A stretch of 64,000 nt of DNA from positions 1,364,001 to 1,428,000 of the forward strand of contig VJWM01000019.1 in NCBI GenBank assembly GCA_010909165.1. Direction: 5' to 3'. Origin of the DNA: Anthoceros angustus. Taxonomy: Eukaryota > Plantae > Anthocerotophyta. Positions 39,317 through 51,844 of the stretch are shown in pieces. The notes beneath the pieces were generated by a model. The model worked only from the letters and a program-made list of their open reading frames with translations, had not been told where the DNA came from and did no database searches. Position 1 is the first letter of the stretch; each line of letters opens with the position of its first letter. A program made the translations under genes and the position numbers.

Positions 39317-40197
39317 CACTTCTTGCTGCGTAGGGTGAGAAATCGTGTCTTGGAGAATCATGGAAGGAGGGTAGAGACCTGGAGAAAGAATGCCTCCCTG
39401 TCTAGAGATAGCCATATCTGGCCCAAGCTGAACCGATGGGATTCAGACATGTGCTTGGCTCGTCGCAAAGTGTAATACCAGACTTCTCTTCTCTGGAATG
39501 AAAAGCTGATCGGTGCAGGCTCCTGCCCTTGTGTATTGTGTGTAGTAGCTCGCACTCCAATTCCAGAGTCTTCTGCATCAAAATAGCTGAGACATGCCAC
39601 ATCATTCGTGTTGCATCTAGACCTAAATTAGTTTCTTGCAATGCTCTGAGAAGATGAGATTGAAGATTGGCATTCAAGCCTGTTGTAGATTTTGTCTGTT
39701 CAAGCCTGTTCTATCACCAGTCTCTTTCTGTCACCAGTCTGATTGTTTGTCCCCCCACACCATAAGGCCTATGCTGGCCACGGTATTTCGTTGTTGAATG
39801 AAGTTGACGATTGCTGTCAACCGCTCCGTTCAATCCGGATGACATTAGAACGACGTGACTTCTTGTTCGTAGTATTGTTTCCCATTCCTCGCTTCGAGGA
39901 TTCACCCGTCGATGGTGGATCTGCCCAGCGAGACACTATGGGTAAGATTTTCTGGAATTTCTGTGAGAGCAGATCATGGAGTGTGCAGAAAGAGAGACGA
40001 CATTTTGGTTTCAAGTTCTGGTTTCCTCCACGGTACTCATGAAAAACTTTTGGGGTTGTTAGAATGCTGAGAGAGATGGGACAGGGATGCGAGGATCAAG
40101 ACGAAGACGAGGACGACATGTTTCAGAAAGGCCGTTAAATGCCTCGTCCAAGAAGGGTTGATAGATTTTCCTGGACCTGACGGATTTTTCAGATACC

Positions 40198-42045
40198 ATG
40201 GCATCCCCTGCACCTGCTGGAGATGCAGCAAAACCAGCAGCGTCTCCTACGGAAGGTGCTGCAAAGCCACCACCTGCACAGGATGCTGGTGCACCAGCAC
40301 CTGATGCGGCCAAGCCACCGCCAAACTCAGATGCAACAAAGCCAGCAGCACCAGATGCTGCAAAGCCTGCTCCGCCTCCTTCAGATCCACCTCCGCCATC
40401 GGATGCAGCAAAGCCACCAGAAGCTGCAAAGCCTGCTCCGCCTCCGTCGGATGCAGCCAAAGATGGTGCTGCAGTTGCCACAGCTGGGGCACAGGAGTCT
40501 ACAAAAGCTGGTGGACCTGAAGACACCAAGGGCAAGAAGAAAGCAGAAGACAAGCCCCAGGCACCTGAAGCACCCACCTCCTCCTCTACGAACCTTGGTC
40601 TGCCGACACTGCTCATTACCGGAGACACGCTGTCCAATGGCCTTAGAAGACAGAAAGATCCGGTCTATGCTGATCAGCACGACAGCCCTTGGACGGCAAT
40701 CAAGAAGCAGCCACCTATGATTACCACAGGCACCCAGCTGCTCAGGTCAGCAAGGAACCCAGAGGCAGCACAGCGGGAGGTAGAGAGGTTGAAGAAGAAA
40801 AAAGAGGAGTACATGAAAATGCAAGGAAAACTGGGGCAGGTAGGATCGAAGATGAAGGACCTGAACCATGAGTTTTTGCCGATGGATCCCCTCGTGTTCG
40901 GAGACAGCAATGAGCCCTTACAAAAGCCCAATCTTGCAGGTGATGCAAACAAGGCGTCTGATGCCCAAAAAAGAATAGATGATAAATACAGGATGCAGGA
41001 GCCACTGAAATGTGCAATTTTGTTCACCGACTGCACGGCGACTTTGACAATCCCAGACCCACCTGAAGACCCACACCAAGTGTTGCAGCACTACGAGATC
41101 GCAAAGTTCTTGTCCACCCACGGCCTCCCTCCATTCCAGAAGGACACCTACAGATACACTTTCCTACCTGGCTGTTCTGAGATAGGGTTTGGGTCCCCTG
41201 ATGATCACTGGGAACGGCATGCTGACTGTGTGATAGTGATTCGGCCACAAGATTACAATGCCTTGAAAAGCAAGGCTAATGCTCTCAGAAGACTTAACGA
41301 TAACCTACTGAACATGGAGATGGAGCAAATCAAGCACCTGGAGGCCTCCAGGAGATTCATGGAGACATTCTTTTACGCCAAGTCGAAGGGCCACAAGGAC
41401 GATGGTAGGTTACTTGCAGACCTCATAGTCCAGTTGGAGAAGGAGTTGCGAGAGGCGTCTGAAAAACTGGCTCTTAAGGAGAAGGAGGTGATGGAAAAGG
41501 CATCCATCATTCAGATACTCGAAGGCCAGCTGAAAGCTAAGATTCATGCTCTAGAAGCCAGCAACAAATCATTACTACAGAGTCAGGATAGAAACAGCTG
41601 GATTGAGCACAAGTATGACGTGGTATCAGCTTCTATGTTCAAGATATGGGTACGCACCTTGTTGGAGAGAGTGCGAAAGCGAATGGCCGATGATTTGCAG
41701 CCATACAATAATCTGATCAGGTTCAGCAGGGACCACCATGACAACATGAGTAACTGGCATCTGACACTGAATGACATCCGTAATCAGCCAGAAGCCTGCT
41801 GGCTACTTGCAGATCGAGGGCTTGATGAGACCCTGGTAGAACTAACACGGATGTCCACTGGCAAGGATAAGACTTACACACTGCACCAAATCGCAAATAT
41901 AGCAGCACACTCGGCAAGGGATGAAGAAATTGCAGAAGCGATTACAAGTAAGACCATGGAGGAGTACGGGGTAGCACTGGAAAAGCTCTTCAGATATGCC
42001 CGTGGTTCAGACCTCAGACTTGAAGAGCTCAAGAACGACCTATAG
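40198..42045 (+). CDS. 615-aa single-exon protein of unknown function: Pro/Ala-rich repeats, central globular part, coiled coil, HEPN-like C-terminus
   Basis: Long uninterrupted ORF with ACCATGG start context; probable 5'UTR intron ~40033-40192. Confidence 0.85.
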   Translation: MASPAPAGDAAKPAASPTEGAAKPPPAQDAGAPAPDAAKPPPNSDATKPAAPDAAKPAPPPSDPPPPSDAAKPPEAAKPAPPPSDAAKDGAAVATAGAQESTKAGGPEDTKGKKKAEDKPQAPEAPTSSSTNLGLPTLLITGDTLSNGLRRQKDPVYADQHDSPWTAIKKQPPMITTGTQLLRSARNPEAAQREVERLKKKKEEYMKMQGKLGQVGSKMKDLNHEFLPMDPLVFGDSNEPLQKPNLAGDANKASDAQKRIDDKYRMQEPLKCAILFTDCTATLTIPDPPEDPHQVLQHYEIAKFLSTHGLPPFQKDTYRYTFLPGCSEIGFGSPDDHWERHADCVIVIRPQDYNALKSKANALRRLNDNLLNMEMEQIKHLEASRRFMETFFYAKSKGHKDDGRLLADLIVQLEKELREASEKLALKEKEVMEKASIIQILEGQLKAKIHALEASNKSLLQSQDRNSWIEHKYDVVSASMFKIWVRTLLERVRKRMADDLQPYNNLIRFSRDHHDNMSNWHLTLNDIRNQPEACWLLADRGLDETLVELTRMSTGKDKTYTLHQIANIAAHSARDEEIAEAITSKTMEEYGVALEKLFRYARGSDLRLEELKNDL

Positions 42046-42469
42046 ATCAGAGACGACCGGCTCACCTTTGATCAGAGAAGACTTAAGCTTCAAAGCAAAG
42101 AAGGGCAAGCAAAAGGTAAGTAAAACTTCAGGTGCGTTCCATAAGCGTCTTTCTTTTCCAATAAGAAAACAAGGGTAAGAGCAGGCGCTTTTTCAAAAGA
42201 AGGGGAACAAAGTGCTTTGTTTGCCAGTCAAACTTTACTGCATCCTAAACCCAACAATCAGGCGGAGACATCCCAGCAAAACGACTCTGGTACGTGCAAA
42301 CCCTTAACTCGGTTCTTGTTCCTGTTAAGTGCCACCAGCTAACCACAGATGCTCACATAAGCAGATCTCAAAAAGGAAAGAAAAAAAAAAACCTTCTCTA
42401 GAAACTCGACAGGTAAAGGACGGGACTTGTACATTCTTAGCTCCTTGGATGAGGAGAATCAATGGTGGA

Positions 42470-44183
42470 TCAAAGTTGAGATCCCAGCTCTAAGTGCTCA
42501 AGAATAGCAGCAGCTAAAAAATCAGTCCAGATGTCAGGAACGCCAGGTAGGCACCAATGAAGGCAGTCTTGACCCCAGGTTATGTAGGAATCCTTTTTAC
42601 CCAGCCACAGCGAAGGATGAGCATCAGCCCGAAACTCACTCATGGGAGCCACATCCAGCACCTTGAAGCTTGTGCCGATCAAAACACTCCTAATAATCTC
42701 ATTAAACTCACGCTCTTCCTTGTTCACCCCAGCATTTTCAGGTCGGAACCACACCTCCACCTGCACAATTTGAGTTAGAGTCACTAGAGACATTGTTGCG
42801 CTGGAGACAAAAACCTGAATGCCCAACAAAGGGATTCACAGCTTGTTACCTGGTCGCTACTCAACAATAGATCAGATGAACAGGTACCGTTCTTGTTCCA
42901 TTCACCTCCATCAAAGTGGCGTGGGGACTGTGTCCGCCACAGTTTCAACGTTCCTGCCGGAACATTCTCCTCAACATAACCCACCATGGTCCGTAGGACC
43001 AGCTCCAAACCTTCTGCCATTGACAAAGGAGGAAGCAATGGCTGTCCCCCTTGGAAGAAAATGAGCGGTGTCTCCGGAGGGAACTTGTCCACACCCCACC
43101 TGCTGCCCACAAGCCTCCACATTACACGACCCGATCCACCAGAACAATCACCGGCTCCGGCCAAGAGCAATGCAAAATCCAGAACTCACCAGTGCCCAGT
43201 ATTAAAGACGAGGACGTCGTAGAAATTGCACGCATTTATCCAATCCTTAGCAGGGACATCCACGTCCACCCTGAATCCCTTCACCAGACCGTACCTTTCC
43301 AAAACGCCGCCGTGGGAGCTTGTCGACTGCCACCTTCAAGGAGACAGGCGGCGCCCACGGTTCACGCCTTGCAGCAACAGGCAGACGCAGAGGAGGAAGA
43401 AAGAGACACTCACTCACTGTACTGCGCCAGAAGCACAGCCCGATGATACCCGACGGTGACATTGAAGCCTGGGAAAAATGCTCCCCGCCAAGCCCCCTTC
43501 CTCTTCCACTTCCGGGCTGCACGATCCCCACTTCTCAAAATGCACAGCAGCGAGACCAGCAGGTTCTCGTTCAGCGAATCGCCCACAAACCCGATATTCT
43601 TGTTCCTCATCGCCTCCAGGAACAGCCGAGGCTGGATGACCGGCACATCGCAGCCCTGCGCCACCCAGCTCCAGCCGTACATTCTCTCCACCCCGGGCCT
43701 CCCATTCCGCAAGCAATTCCACCCCTTTTTGTGAAACGGGCACTCCTCGTCGTAGACAGCGTGCCGGGTGGAGTCGAACCTCCACTCCCCAGCTGCTGCA
43801 TCGCACCTGCTGCGGTCACCAGCCCGGGCTCCGCCATCCGATCTGCCCACCCGATCTGGGCCTGGGCCCCTCCCATCGAACACGAGGGCAGGTGGGTACC
43901 CGTAGTGCAGGGAGTTGGAGAGGGAGAGCAGCAGCAGCAGCGACGACAGCAGGACCAGGGCGAGGAGCAGCAGGAGCGAGGCCCTGGAGGAGAAGCAAGC
44001 AGCGTAGTGCCGTGTCACACTCCATGGCTGTTGCTGCGCTCCCCGCACAGGGGACGAGCGAGGGCCAGCTGGTGCAGCAGGCGGCTGTAATCCGTGCTGG
44101 TATTGGCGGAAGGAGAAGAGCGACGAGGACATGGCAGCGGCCTGCAGCTCTTCTCCTTCCGCCCATTCCAGCACCGTGCTCAA
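42470..44183 (-). CDS. TBL: Trichome birefringence-like (TBL, PC-esterase) O-acetyltransferase, multi-exon
   Basis: N-terminal TM helix; CD...GEW, CLRNGRP, IGFVGDSLNEN, RTQSPRHFDGGEWN, RADAHP and DCLHWCLPGVPDIW. Confidence 0.95.
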
Positions 44184-44759
44184 AACTTCGACATCATGTC
44201 CCCAGATTCGAACTCCAGACGTGCACCGTCTGCATACAGTGTAGGTATATACTAAATGGTTAGTTTCACGCCGATGGCATGGCTCTCCAGTGCCTCTAGA
44301 AACATGTGTCTCAGCTCATTTCTGCGCCCCATGGCTCCTCCATGTAGCTCGCAACTGGATGGCAAAGTTTCGTCCTTATGCTGGACTGGGCTGCTTTCTT
44401 TTTTGTTTTCCGTATTCCTATGTTGAAAAGGGATTGGGCTGGTCGTGTAGTAGTGCACGACAAACACCCTTCGTCGCAGGGCATTGGAACTGAGAAAATG
44501 TTTTCATCGGTTCCAATCTCGATGAACAAGGGGCTCATTGCCAACAACCGAGCCTACAAGCCAGAATGGAACACACGGAAATCCGATGTCGGTTTCATAC
44601 GCTGAAATTGTAAGTGTGATCGATGGGACTTGAGGTAGGCAGCTATCGTCATTAGAAGCTTAACCTCAATTGATGAAGGCCTGCCAGTACTCGGTCTCTG
44701 TTGTGCACTGTCCTGAAACTGTGTGCAGCTAAGAAGGATTCAACCTCACAGTACATAGC

Positions 44760-45560
44760 TGCAGCATCAGATCGCACCATATGACTCTCGGTGTGTTTTT
44801 TCCGAACAAGTTTATGACTCTTGATATGATTCCAGCAGCTGCAGCAGGAAGGTTGTACAACCTGCTTCCTCCTTGTAAAGCACGAACCGGAGAGAAGTGG
44901 GCCAGGTGTGGCTGCCTTCAGAAGGCCTATGGAAGCAGTGGTGCCTGCAGTAGGGCTGGCGGCTGCACGCTCAGATTGTCGAAAGAGGACTGCTGGATGG
45001 CGTACTGGTGGGCACCTGCGTGGTGGACATGTATGCAAAATGTGGTGAACTGGAAGATGCACGCCAGGTTTTGACGACATGAACACAAAGAATCTGGCGA
45101 CATGGAATGCTCGGATCGCTGGGTACACAGCAGGGGTTCGGACATGAGGGGCTTGTTGCGTATGGGCAAATGGAGCAGGAGGGGCTGATATAGCTGACCA
45201 TGTTACTTTTGCTTGCGTTCTGAAGGCCTGTGCAAGCACTGGTGCCTTGCAGTAGGGCAGGCAAGTGCACTCACAGACAGTCAAAAAGAGGACTGCTGGA
45301 TGACGTAGTGGTGGGTACCTGCCTGGTGGACATGTATGGAAAATGTGGTGAACTGAATGCATGCCAGGTTCTTTTGACGGCATGCACACAAGAATGTGGT
45401 GTCATGGACCGCCCTGATATCGGGCTATGGTGCTTGTGATGAAGGCCACCAAGCAGTAGCTTCTTTTGAGGATGAATCAGTTGATGATGCAGGCCGCTGC
45501 ACTCACAGATTGTGAAAAGAGGGCTGCTGGATTACGAAGTGTTGGGCAACTGTGGTGAAC
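44760..45560 (+). pseudogene. PLS-type PPR pseudogene fragment
   Basis: VGTCLVDMYGKCG, TWNA.IAGY and VTFACVLKACAS motifs broken by frameshifts and stops. Confidence 0.85.
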
Positions 45561-45779
45561 GGGATTGTGAAATAATCTCTCTACACATACGGTCCCACTA
45601 ACTTATGCTTCGGAGTGCCAAGGGAGTATCTAAACCGTTCCCCAAGTCCTCCGGCCGGCGTACCTCATGCACACTATCTCAAAATATTTTCGTGTAGCGG
45701 GTCAGGGTTTCGGCCGTGGTCGACCTTCTTGACACGCTGACAACCTTAGTGTTGGCTTGCGGGAGGTCTTAGGTTCAAC

Positions 45780-46080
45780 ACTAGGCGCTCCTGCAGTAGC
45801 TTGGACCTTGGCCATTGCTTGCCTAGTCAACACTGAATTTTATAACTGTCTTGCCATCGTGGGGTGATGCAAATATGCCGATTGCTCTAAGTTGGAACAT
45901 AGAAATAGAAATTTGTAAACCATGCCCTGCAGCCAGCAAGGGACCAATTCTGATAAGTTCTTTAGATGATCCGGAGTCCAAGAGTTTCTCTATAGTGCAT
46001 GGCACATGCCATTGCCGATGTCCAGTCTCCCCTTGGAAGAAAGCCAGCTCGTGTGGCAACAAGTTGAGTGCACACAAGCT
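45780..46080 (-). mobile_element. Possible LINE RNase H relic between ~90-bp degenerate direct repeats (~45632-45710 and ~46343-46416)
   Basis: PHDGKTVIKFSVD*ASNGQGP resembles PxxGxxKLNxDGASxGNPG. Confidence 0.35.
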
Positions 46081-47487
46081 TCGACCCTGTCATCAGGTCA
46101 ACACGGTGCAAACTTGTTGCTTGTTGCTTGTTGCTTGTTGCTTGTTCTACCATAGTCGGGCAAGCGATCCGCCTTGCCAAAGCCCTAAACTGTGATCGGC
46201 CTTGCGAACATCCCAATCCGTGTACTCACCGTGTAAACATAGTTTTTTTTACATTGGATCAGGAAACAAAACCCTAGAGCGGCGGCAGAATGAAGCACTT
46301 TCAACTGCGGGAAGAGAACTTTGCAAGAGAATGAAGCACTTTGAACCATTCCCCAAGTTCTCCGTCAGACTTAATGTACACTATCACACTATTTTCATGT
46401 AGCGGGTTCGGGTTTCTTCGACAGGACCTCAAGAGACAGAAGCTAGACGAAAGAGTCTAGAAGAGTTAAGTATGATCGTCCAAATGATTTCCGATCGTGA
46501 TTAGAAGTTTAAAGTACGAAAATATATGTATGACTAAGATTCATATGTATTTGGTAACATGTGGATAAAAATATGCATATATATTTAATGCCATGTGGAT
46601 GAAAAATATATATATGAATATAGTATTCCCTAATGTAGGGAGAGAGTGGAAAAAAAATTCTGGGAAACCACTAAGGGATACTATAAGTGCGCACATGATA
46701 AACTTAGTAGCAAATAGTTTTGCCCAGAATGACTGTTATGTAAGTGGTCATGCTTAAAATTTACTTAGCATGTCCGCTGTTCACTGGAGGATTGCCGTTT
46801 TGGGCTTACAGATGCCGATGGGCCGAGTTAAGGGCATGCCATGCCGATGTCGCACGGATCATCGAATAACCAAGCATTTGGTTGTTTTTACGTACTACTT
46901 AAATAGAAGTTGGTGGTTTTAGGCCGGCTCGGGCAAATAAATATAATAGGTCAGTGGGTTTTGTCGTACGCAGGACGAAGTCGGGTTTTGGGAAAGTTGA
47001 GTCTAACGCGAAGTGGCAAACTCCACAGCTTTCTCACGCTCGGCCGGGAGGCCTGTCAGACAACTGGCCCGGTACAAGCGCTTCCCAGCGGAATCATCGT
47101 GTGACCAAGTCAAGCCAAGCCAAGCCCTGTGTGTGTGTGAAGACGCCGAAGCTGCCAGGCTGCGGCTTGTCCCTCGATTCTGTCTGGTGTCCCGAGTTGC
47201 CAGCCTTCATCTAGTACTCTGCGGAGATCCACGAGCTGCGGGTGTACATGGCCCCGGATTCCAGATCTGAAGCTGTTCTTGTTCTCTCTTACAGCGGCTT
47301 GAACCAGGCCAGCATCGTTCAACCCTAGTCCTATGTCGGATTCGCGGGCTCCACATGCATGCGCGAGGGAGAGGAAGAGAGGAGAGCAGGCTGCCAGGGC
47401 TGACGAGACCTGCTCGCAAGGGAGAGGAAGAGAGGAGAGCAGGCTGCCAGGGCCGACGAGCCCAGCTCGCAGGGCTCCTGTCCTGAG

Positions 47488-49179
47488 ATGTGGAAGGAGG
47501 ACAGGAGAGCCGAACTTCTGCGCGACAATCGGGACAGCTCATGGCTCTTGGATAGCCCGGAGGACAGTCGGGGCGGCGACCGGGATCGGGATCGGAGCCG
47601 GGCTTCCGGCAGCGGCAGCGGCAGCAGGGTCTCGGCCCGGCACGAGGAGAACCTTGCGCGTCGGGAGAAGCTCAAGGAGTTGCAGCGGAGTAAGTTGAAG
47701 ACGCGGGAGAGCTTCTACGACAACGGCGGTGAGAGCAGCAGCAAGCATGCAGGTGGCGCGGAGAATGGCAAGGCGAATTCTGAGAGGCACGGCCCCGTGG
47801 AGCAGAAGAAGAAGTACCTTCCTTTCGACAATTTCGGCTCCTTCTTCGGGCCGTCCGAGCGGGTGGTGCCCAAGCATGTGCTGGAGCAGATTCGTGCCAA
47901 AGAGGAGCAGGCCAGGATTGCGCAGATCGAGGGCAGGCCGAGGGTGGGTGGAGGAATCGCCGGAAAGCCTGCCCCCAGGGAGCCTCCAAGGCCTCTTCCC
48001 AAGCCCGCTGTGAAGAAGAGACCTGTGGATGAGGCCACCAAGAAGGCTCTGGCTCTTAGGGAATCGCGGGACTACTCGTTTTTGGACTCCGACGAGCCTT
48101 TGAATGGGCCTGCTCCCAAGAAGGGCGCAGCTGCTCCCACTCCTCCTGCGAAGAACCGTTCCTCTGGAAGGCCTTCGGCTTTGCCTTCAGGCCAGAAGCC
48201 TGGTGCTGTGCGGGATTTCAGAGATGGCAGGAATGCTAGGGATGCTAGGGATGCCAGGGATGGCAGGGATGCTGGGCATGTTGGATATGGCAACAGGGAT
48301 GGCAGTCGGGAAGGGTCTTCTGGTCATGCCGCCTCCAAGCAAAGGGTGCAGGCTGGGGGAGGAAGAGAGAGCACCAAAATGCAGGCACCTACGCAGCGTA
48401 CCAAGGAATCTTTGGCTCATTCTTCCAGGCTTCCACCGAGTTCACGCGGCCAACCTAGTGTTGCCAGGCCTGTGTCGAAGCCAGGTGCATCAAGTCAAGC
48501 TCCGGAGAGGGCTTCAGCAAGGCCAGGTGCATACCCGCCACCTAAAACTTCTGCTGCTCCCAGACCTGGGGATAGGCCTGCAGTTTCCAAACCCTCGTCT
48601 GTAGGAGCAGGTAGTTCTGGCGGGGCTGCCCGGCCAGCTCCTGGTGGGGCCAGATCCAGTGGGGGATTGAAGGCTTCTGACCCCAGAGCTCGAATCGACT
48701 TGCGGAAGCCCGCTCCTCAGGATGCCAGGCGCATGCCAGGCGTTGGGCAACAAAGACCTAACGTCCCGCCAGTGACCTCCAGGCCTCCTGCTAGACATGT
48801 TGGTGACATGCAAAGACGGCCGCCCCCCACAAGACCCGTCCCCCGGATGGAAGCGCCTAGAAGGAGAGAGGATTTGCGACGCCCTCTTAACAGTGACGAT
48901 GAGGATTCTATGGATGATTTTATAGATGATGGGGATGGTCCAGCTGATTATTCCTCTATTATACAGAATTTGTTTGGACGTGGACGCAAGAGACCCATTT
49001 ACCATGACTCTGATGATGAGGATGACAAGTGCATGGAGGTGGGATTCAGTGCGATAGAGGCAGAGGAAAGAAGAAGTGCTAGAATAGGTCGAGAGGAGGA
49101 TCAGAGGGAGCTGGAGGCCATTGAAGCGGAAGAAAGGGCAGAGAGGCTTAGGAGGGAAAAGAAGAAGCGCAGATTGTAA
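47488..49179 (+). CDS. SPT2: SPT2 chromatin protein homologue, 563 aa, single coding exon
   Basis: LPFDNFGSFFGPS and LRESRDYSFL plant SPT2 motifs; C-terminal MDDFIDD..DYSSIIQNLFG...MEVGFSAIEAEERRSARIGREED. Confidence 0.9.
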   Translation: MWKEDRRAELLRDNRDSSWLLDSPEDSRGGDRDRDRSRASGSGSGSRVSARHEENLARREKLKELQRSKLKTRESFYDNGGESSSKHAGGAENGKANSERHGPVEQKKKYLPFDNFGSFFGPSERVVPKHVLEQIRAKEEQARIAQIEGRPRVGGGIAGKPAPREPPRPLPKPAVKKRPVDEATKKALALRESRDYSFLDSDEPLNGPAPKKGAAAPTPPAKNRSSGRPSALPSGQKPGAVRDFRDGRNARDARDARDGRDAGHVGYGNRDGSREGSSGHAASKQRVQAGGGRESTKMQAPTQRTKESLAHSSRLPPSSRGQPSVARPVSKPGASSQAPERASARPGAYPPPKTSAAPRPGDRPAVSKPSSVGAGSSGGAARPAPGGARSSGGLKASDPRARIDLRKPAPQDARRMPGVGQQRPNVPPVTSRPPARHVGDMQRRPPPTRPVPRMEAPRRREDLRRPLNSDDEDSMDDFIDDGDGPADYSSIIQNLFGRGRKRPIYHDSDDEDDKCMEVGFSAIEAEERRSARIGREEDQRELEAIEAEERAERLRREKKKRRL

Positions 49180-49339
49180 TATGCTGTCTCAATAGATTTT
49201 TTTGGTCAACTTATTCTTATCTTCATTGTTTCGGTGGGTTCAACAGAGCTCGGTAACAGCCTTCAGGCGGCTTGATAGACAAAAACTTTATCTCCAACTG
49301 CCTTAGGCTTGTGCCTGCAGAAGATGCTCACTGACCCTG

Positions 49340-51060
49340 CAGGCCTGTGCAAGTGTGGGCAACCCAGCTCTGGAGATGGGGAAGCTGCTTCATGCACAAA
49401 TAAGAGAGCAAGGACATGAAGTGAATGTGTGGCAGCTTGGAAGATGCTCAGAGAGTGTTCAACGGACTTGTTGAAAAGGATGATGTGACATGGACTGCGC
49501 TTATTGCAGGGTACTCCCAGCAGGGCTTGGTCCAGGGGGCCCTCAGACTCGACAGTGTTATGCAAGAAGAAGGCATTGCTGTACCAAGTCCGACGACGTT
49601 TGTGTGCCTCCTGCAGACATGTGCAAGTGTGGGTACTCCAGCCTTGAAGAAGGGGAAGCAGCTGCATGAAGAAATTAGAGAACGAGGACATCAAGCTGAT
49701 GTCTTTGTGGCGAGCAGTTTGGTAAACACACATGCTAAGTGTGGCAGCTTGGAAGATGCTCAGAGTGTGTTTGACGGACTTGTTGAAAAGGATGATGTGA
49801 CGTGGACTGCTCTAATTGCAGGGTATGCCCAGCAGGGCCAGGGGCAGGTAGCGCTTTGTCTCTACAGTGTCATGGACGAAGAAGGCATTGCTGCACCCAA
49901 CTTTGTGACATTTGTGTTGCCTCTTGCAGGCATGCGCAAGTGTGGGCATCCCAGCTTTGTAGAAGGGGAGGCAGCTCCATTCACGGATTAGGGAAAGAGG
50001 ATATCAGACAGATGTGTTTGTGGCCAGCAGTTCGGTGAGCATGTGCGCGAAGTGTGGCAACCTGGGAGATGCTCAAGGAATGTTTGATGGACTTATCAAA
50101 AAAGATGTGGTCACATGGATTGCTATGATAGGAGGGTATTCCCAGCAGGGCATGGGTGTGGAAGCCCTTCGTCTCTACAATGCAATTTAGGAAGACAGCA
50201 TAGCTGTACCTAATTCCGTGACATATATGTGCCTCCTGCAAGTATGTGCCCATCTGGCAGCTTGCATCTAGGAAGGCAGCTACATGCACAGATTGACGAA
50301 CACGGGCTTCAAGCTGATAGGGGTTTTGCTGGCAGTTTGATAAAGTATGGAAAATGTGGGAGCATGGTGGATGCAGGGCAGGTGTTTGATGGATTGCAAG
50401 AAAGGGATGTCATCGCCTGGAATGCTTTGATTGCAGGCTACGCCTGTCAAGGAGACAGTGAACTGGTGTTTGACTACGTCCAGAGAATGAAAGAGAATGG
50501 CAGACAGCCAGTGAGCGTCACATTCCTTAACATAGTCTCAGTATGCAGTCAAGCGGGTGTAGTGAAGAAGGGACGAGAGTACTTTCAGGCTATTAGCAAA
50601 CAGCACTGCATCAATCCTACATCTCGCCACCTCACCTGCATGGTGGATGAGGCTATAGCTTTAGTATGTACTACCTGATGCTGTAGTTTGGCATACTTTG
50701 TTGGGTGCTTGTCAGAAGTGGAGCAACGTGGAGGTGGGACTCCATGCTTTCCACGAAGGGGTGAAGTTAGATGGGGGAGATTTTGAAGCATATGTGTCGA
50801 TGTCAGACATACACTGGTGCCCAGATGTGGGAGGAGGCACAGAAGATGCAGGCAAGAAGACTGCAAGTCAGGGCATGGAAGGAGCCGGGTCAGAGCTGGT
50901 GGACAGACAAGGATGGAGCAGGTTTTTTGTTGGGGACGACAAGCATGATCACAGGCAGGGAAGGCTGCAACAGGTTTTTTTCAAATCAATGAAACAGGGA
51001 TGTATGCCAGTCTCTGACTCGTCACCGCCCAGCATATCTGGTGACGGAAAGGAGATTGAA
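49340..51060 (+). pseudogene. PLS-E PPR pseudogene with a PG box (WKEPGQSWWTD)
   Basis: Repeated CGSLEDAQxVFDGLVEKDDVTWTALIAGY; E domain LGACQKWSNVEVG; several frameshifts and stops. Confidence 0.9.
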
Positions 51061-51280
51061 TATCACCTACGTCCTAAACAACACGTCGAAGGGGATCCCC
51101 GGAGGCATTGTAAAAGTCCTTCGGGTCTCGTTGATTTTCACACCGCTAGGAAACATAAGTCCGCGGTCAAGAATTTGCAGGGATGTTTTTCGGTTATCAC
51201 TTAGACACACGGGTCCACTTTCAGAGCAGGCAACCATGCTTCCGGATGAGATTGGGGAGTCCAGGTTGCTAAGACCACCA

Positions 51281-51643
51281 CTAATTGGTTTGGGAGGCCC
51301 ACTTGGGGACGCCTGTTTCATTGTAGACCACCAGATTGCCGTCGAGTTGGACCTGGGCGTAGTAACTGCCCGGGGTGGACTGGGATGAAATGGATTACCA
51401 CAGCTCGTTACTGTGGTGTCCGTGGATGACCAGGTTTCCGTCGCGCTCCAGCACCAGGTAGCAGATGTACTGGCCGGAGTTGCTAGTTCCGGTAGCCCAG
51501 TACGCTTGGTCGTTGTGGTACAGCACAAGGTTGCAGTCAGTTTGGAATTGCAGCAAGAACGAGTTGTCTTCGCCGTTCTGGATGGTCATGCGTGCATTGC
51601 GAGGAAGACAGTGCTGTGCATGGTGAATCCCTCCGACTGCCAT
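51281..51643 (-). pseudogene. GNA/bulb-type mannose-binding lectin with an in-frame TAA (51395-51397)
   Basis: Three QxDxNxVxY-type sites (QTDCNLVLY, ERDGNLVIH, QLDGNLVVY); WATGT and WASQT; stop TAG at 51281. Confidence 0.85.
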
Positions 51644-51844
51644 GCGTCCGAGGCGTACAACCGGGAGTCAGGTGGCGGGTAGATATCAGCAATCCCCGGT
51701 ACGAGCAGCGCTGGGCAAAGGACCGCTGCGAGGAGAAGAGTGGCGCCCATCGCCGAGGCTGCAATTGCGATGCAGTGAATGCTGCCCTTGTTTGGAGAAG
51801 ATCATGCTCGGAACCCGGTTTCAGAGCTGGAATTGCAGCTTCTC

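Noticed and set aside
51395-51397. Premature TAA in the lectin as a U-to-C editing site
   Set aside because: Reverse editing is known from organellar transcripts; this locus is nuclear, so mutation or sequencing error is more likely
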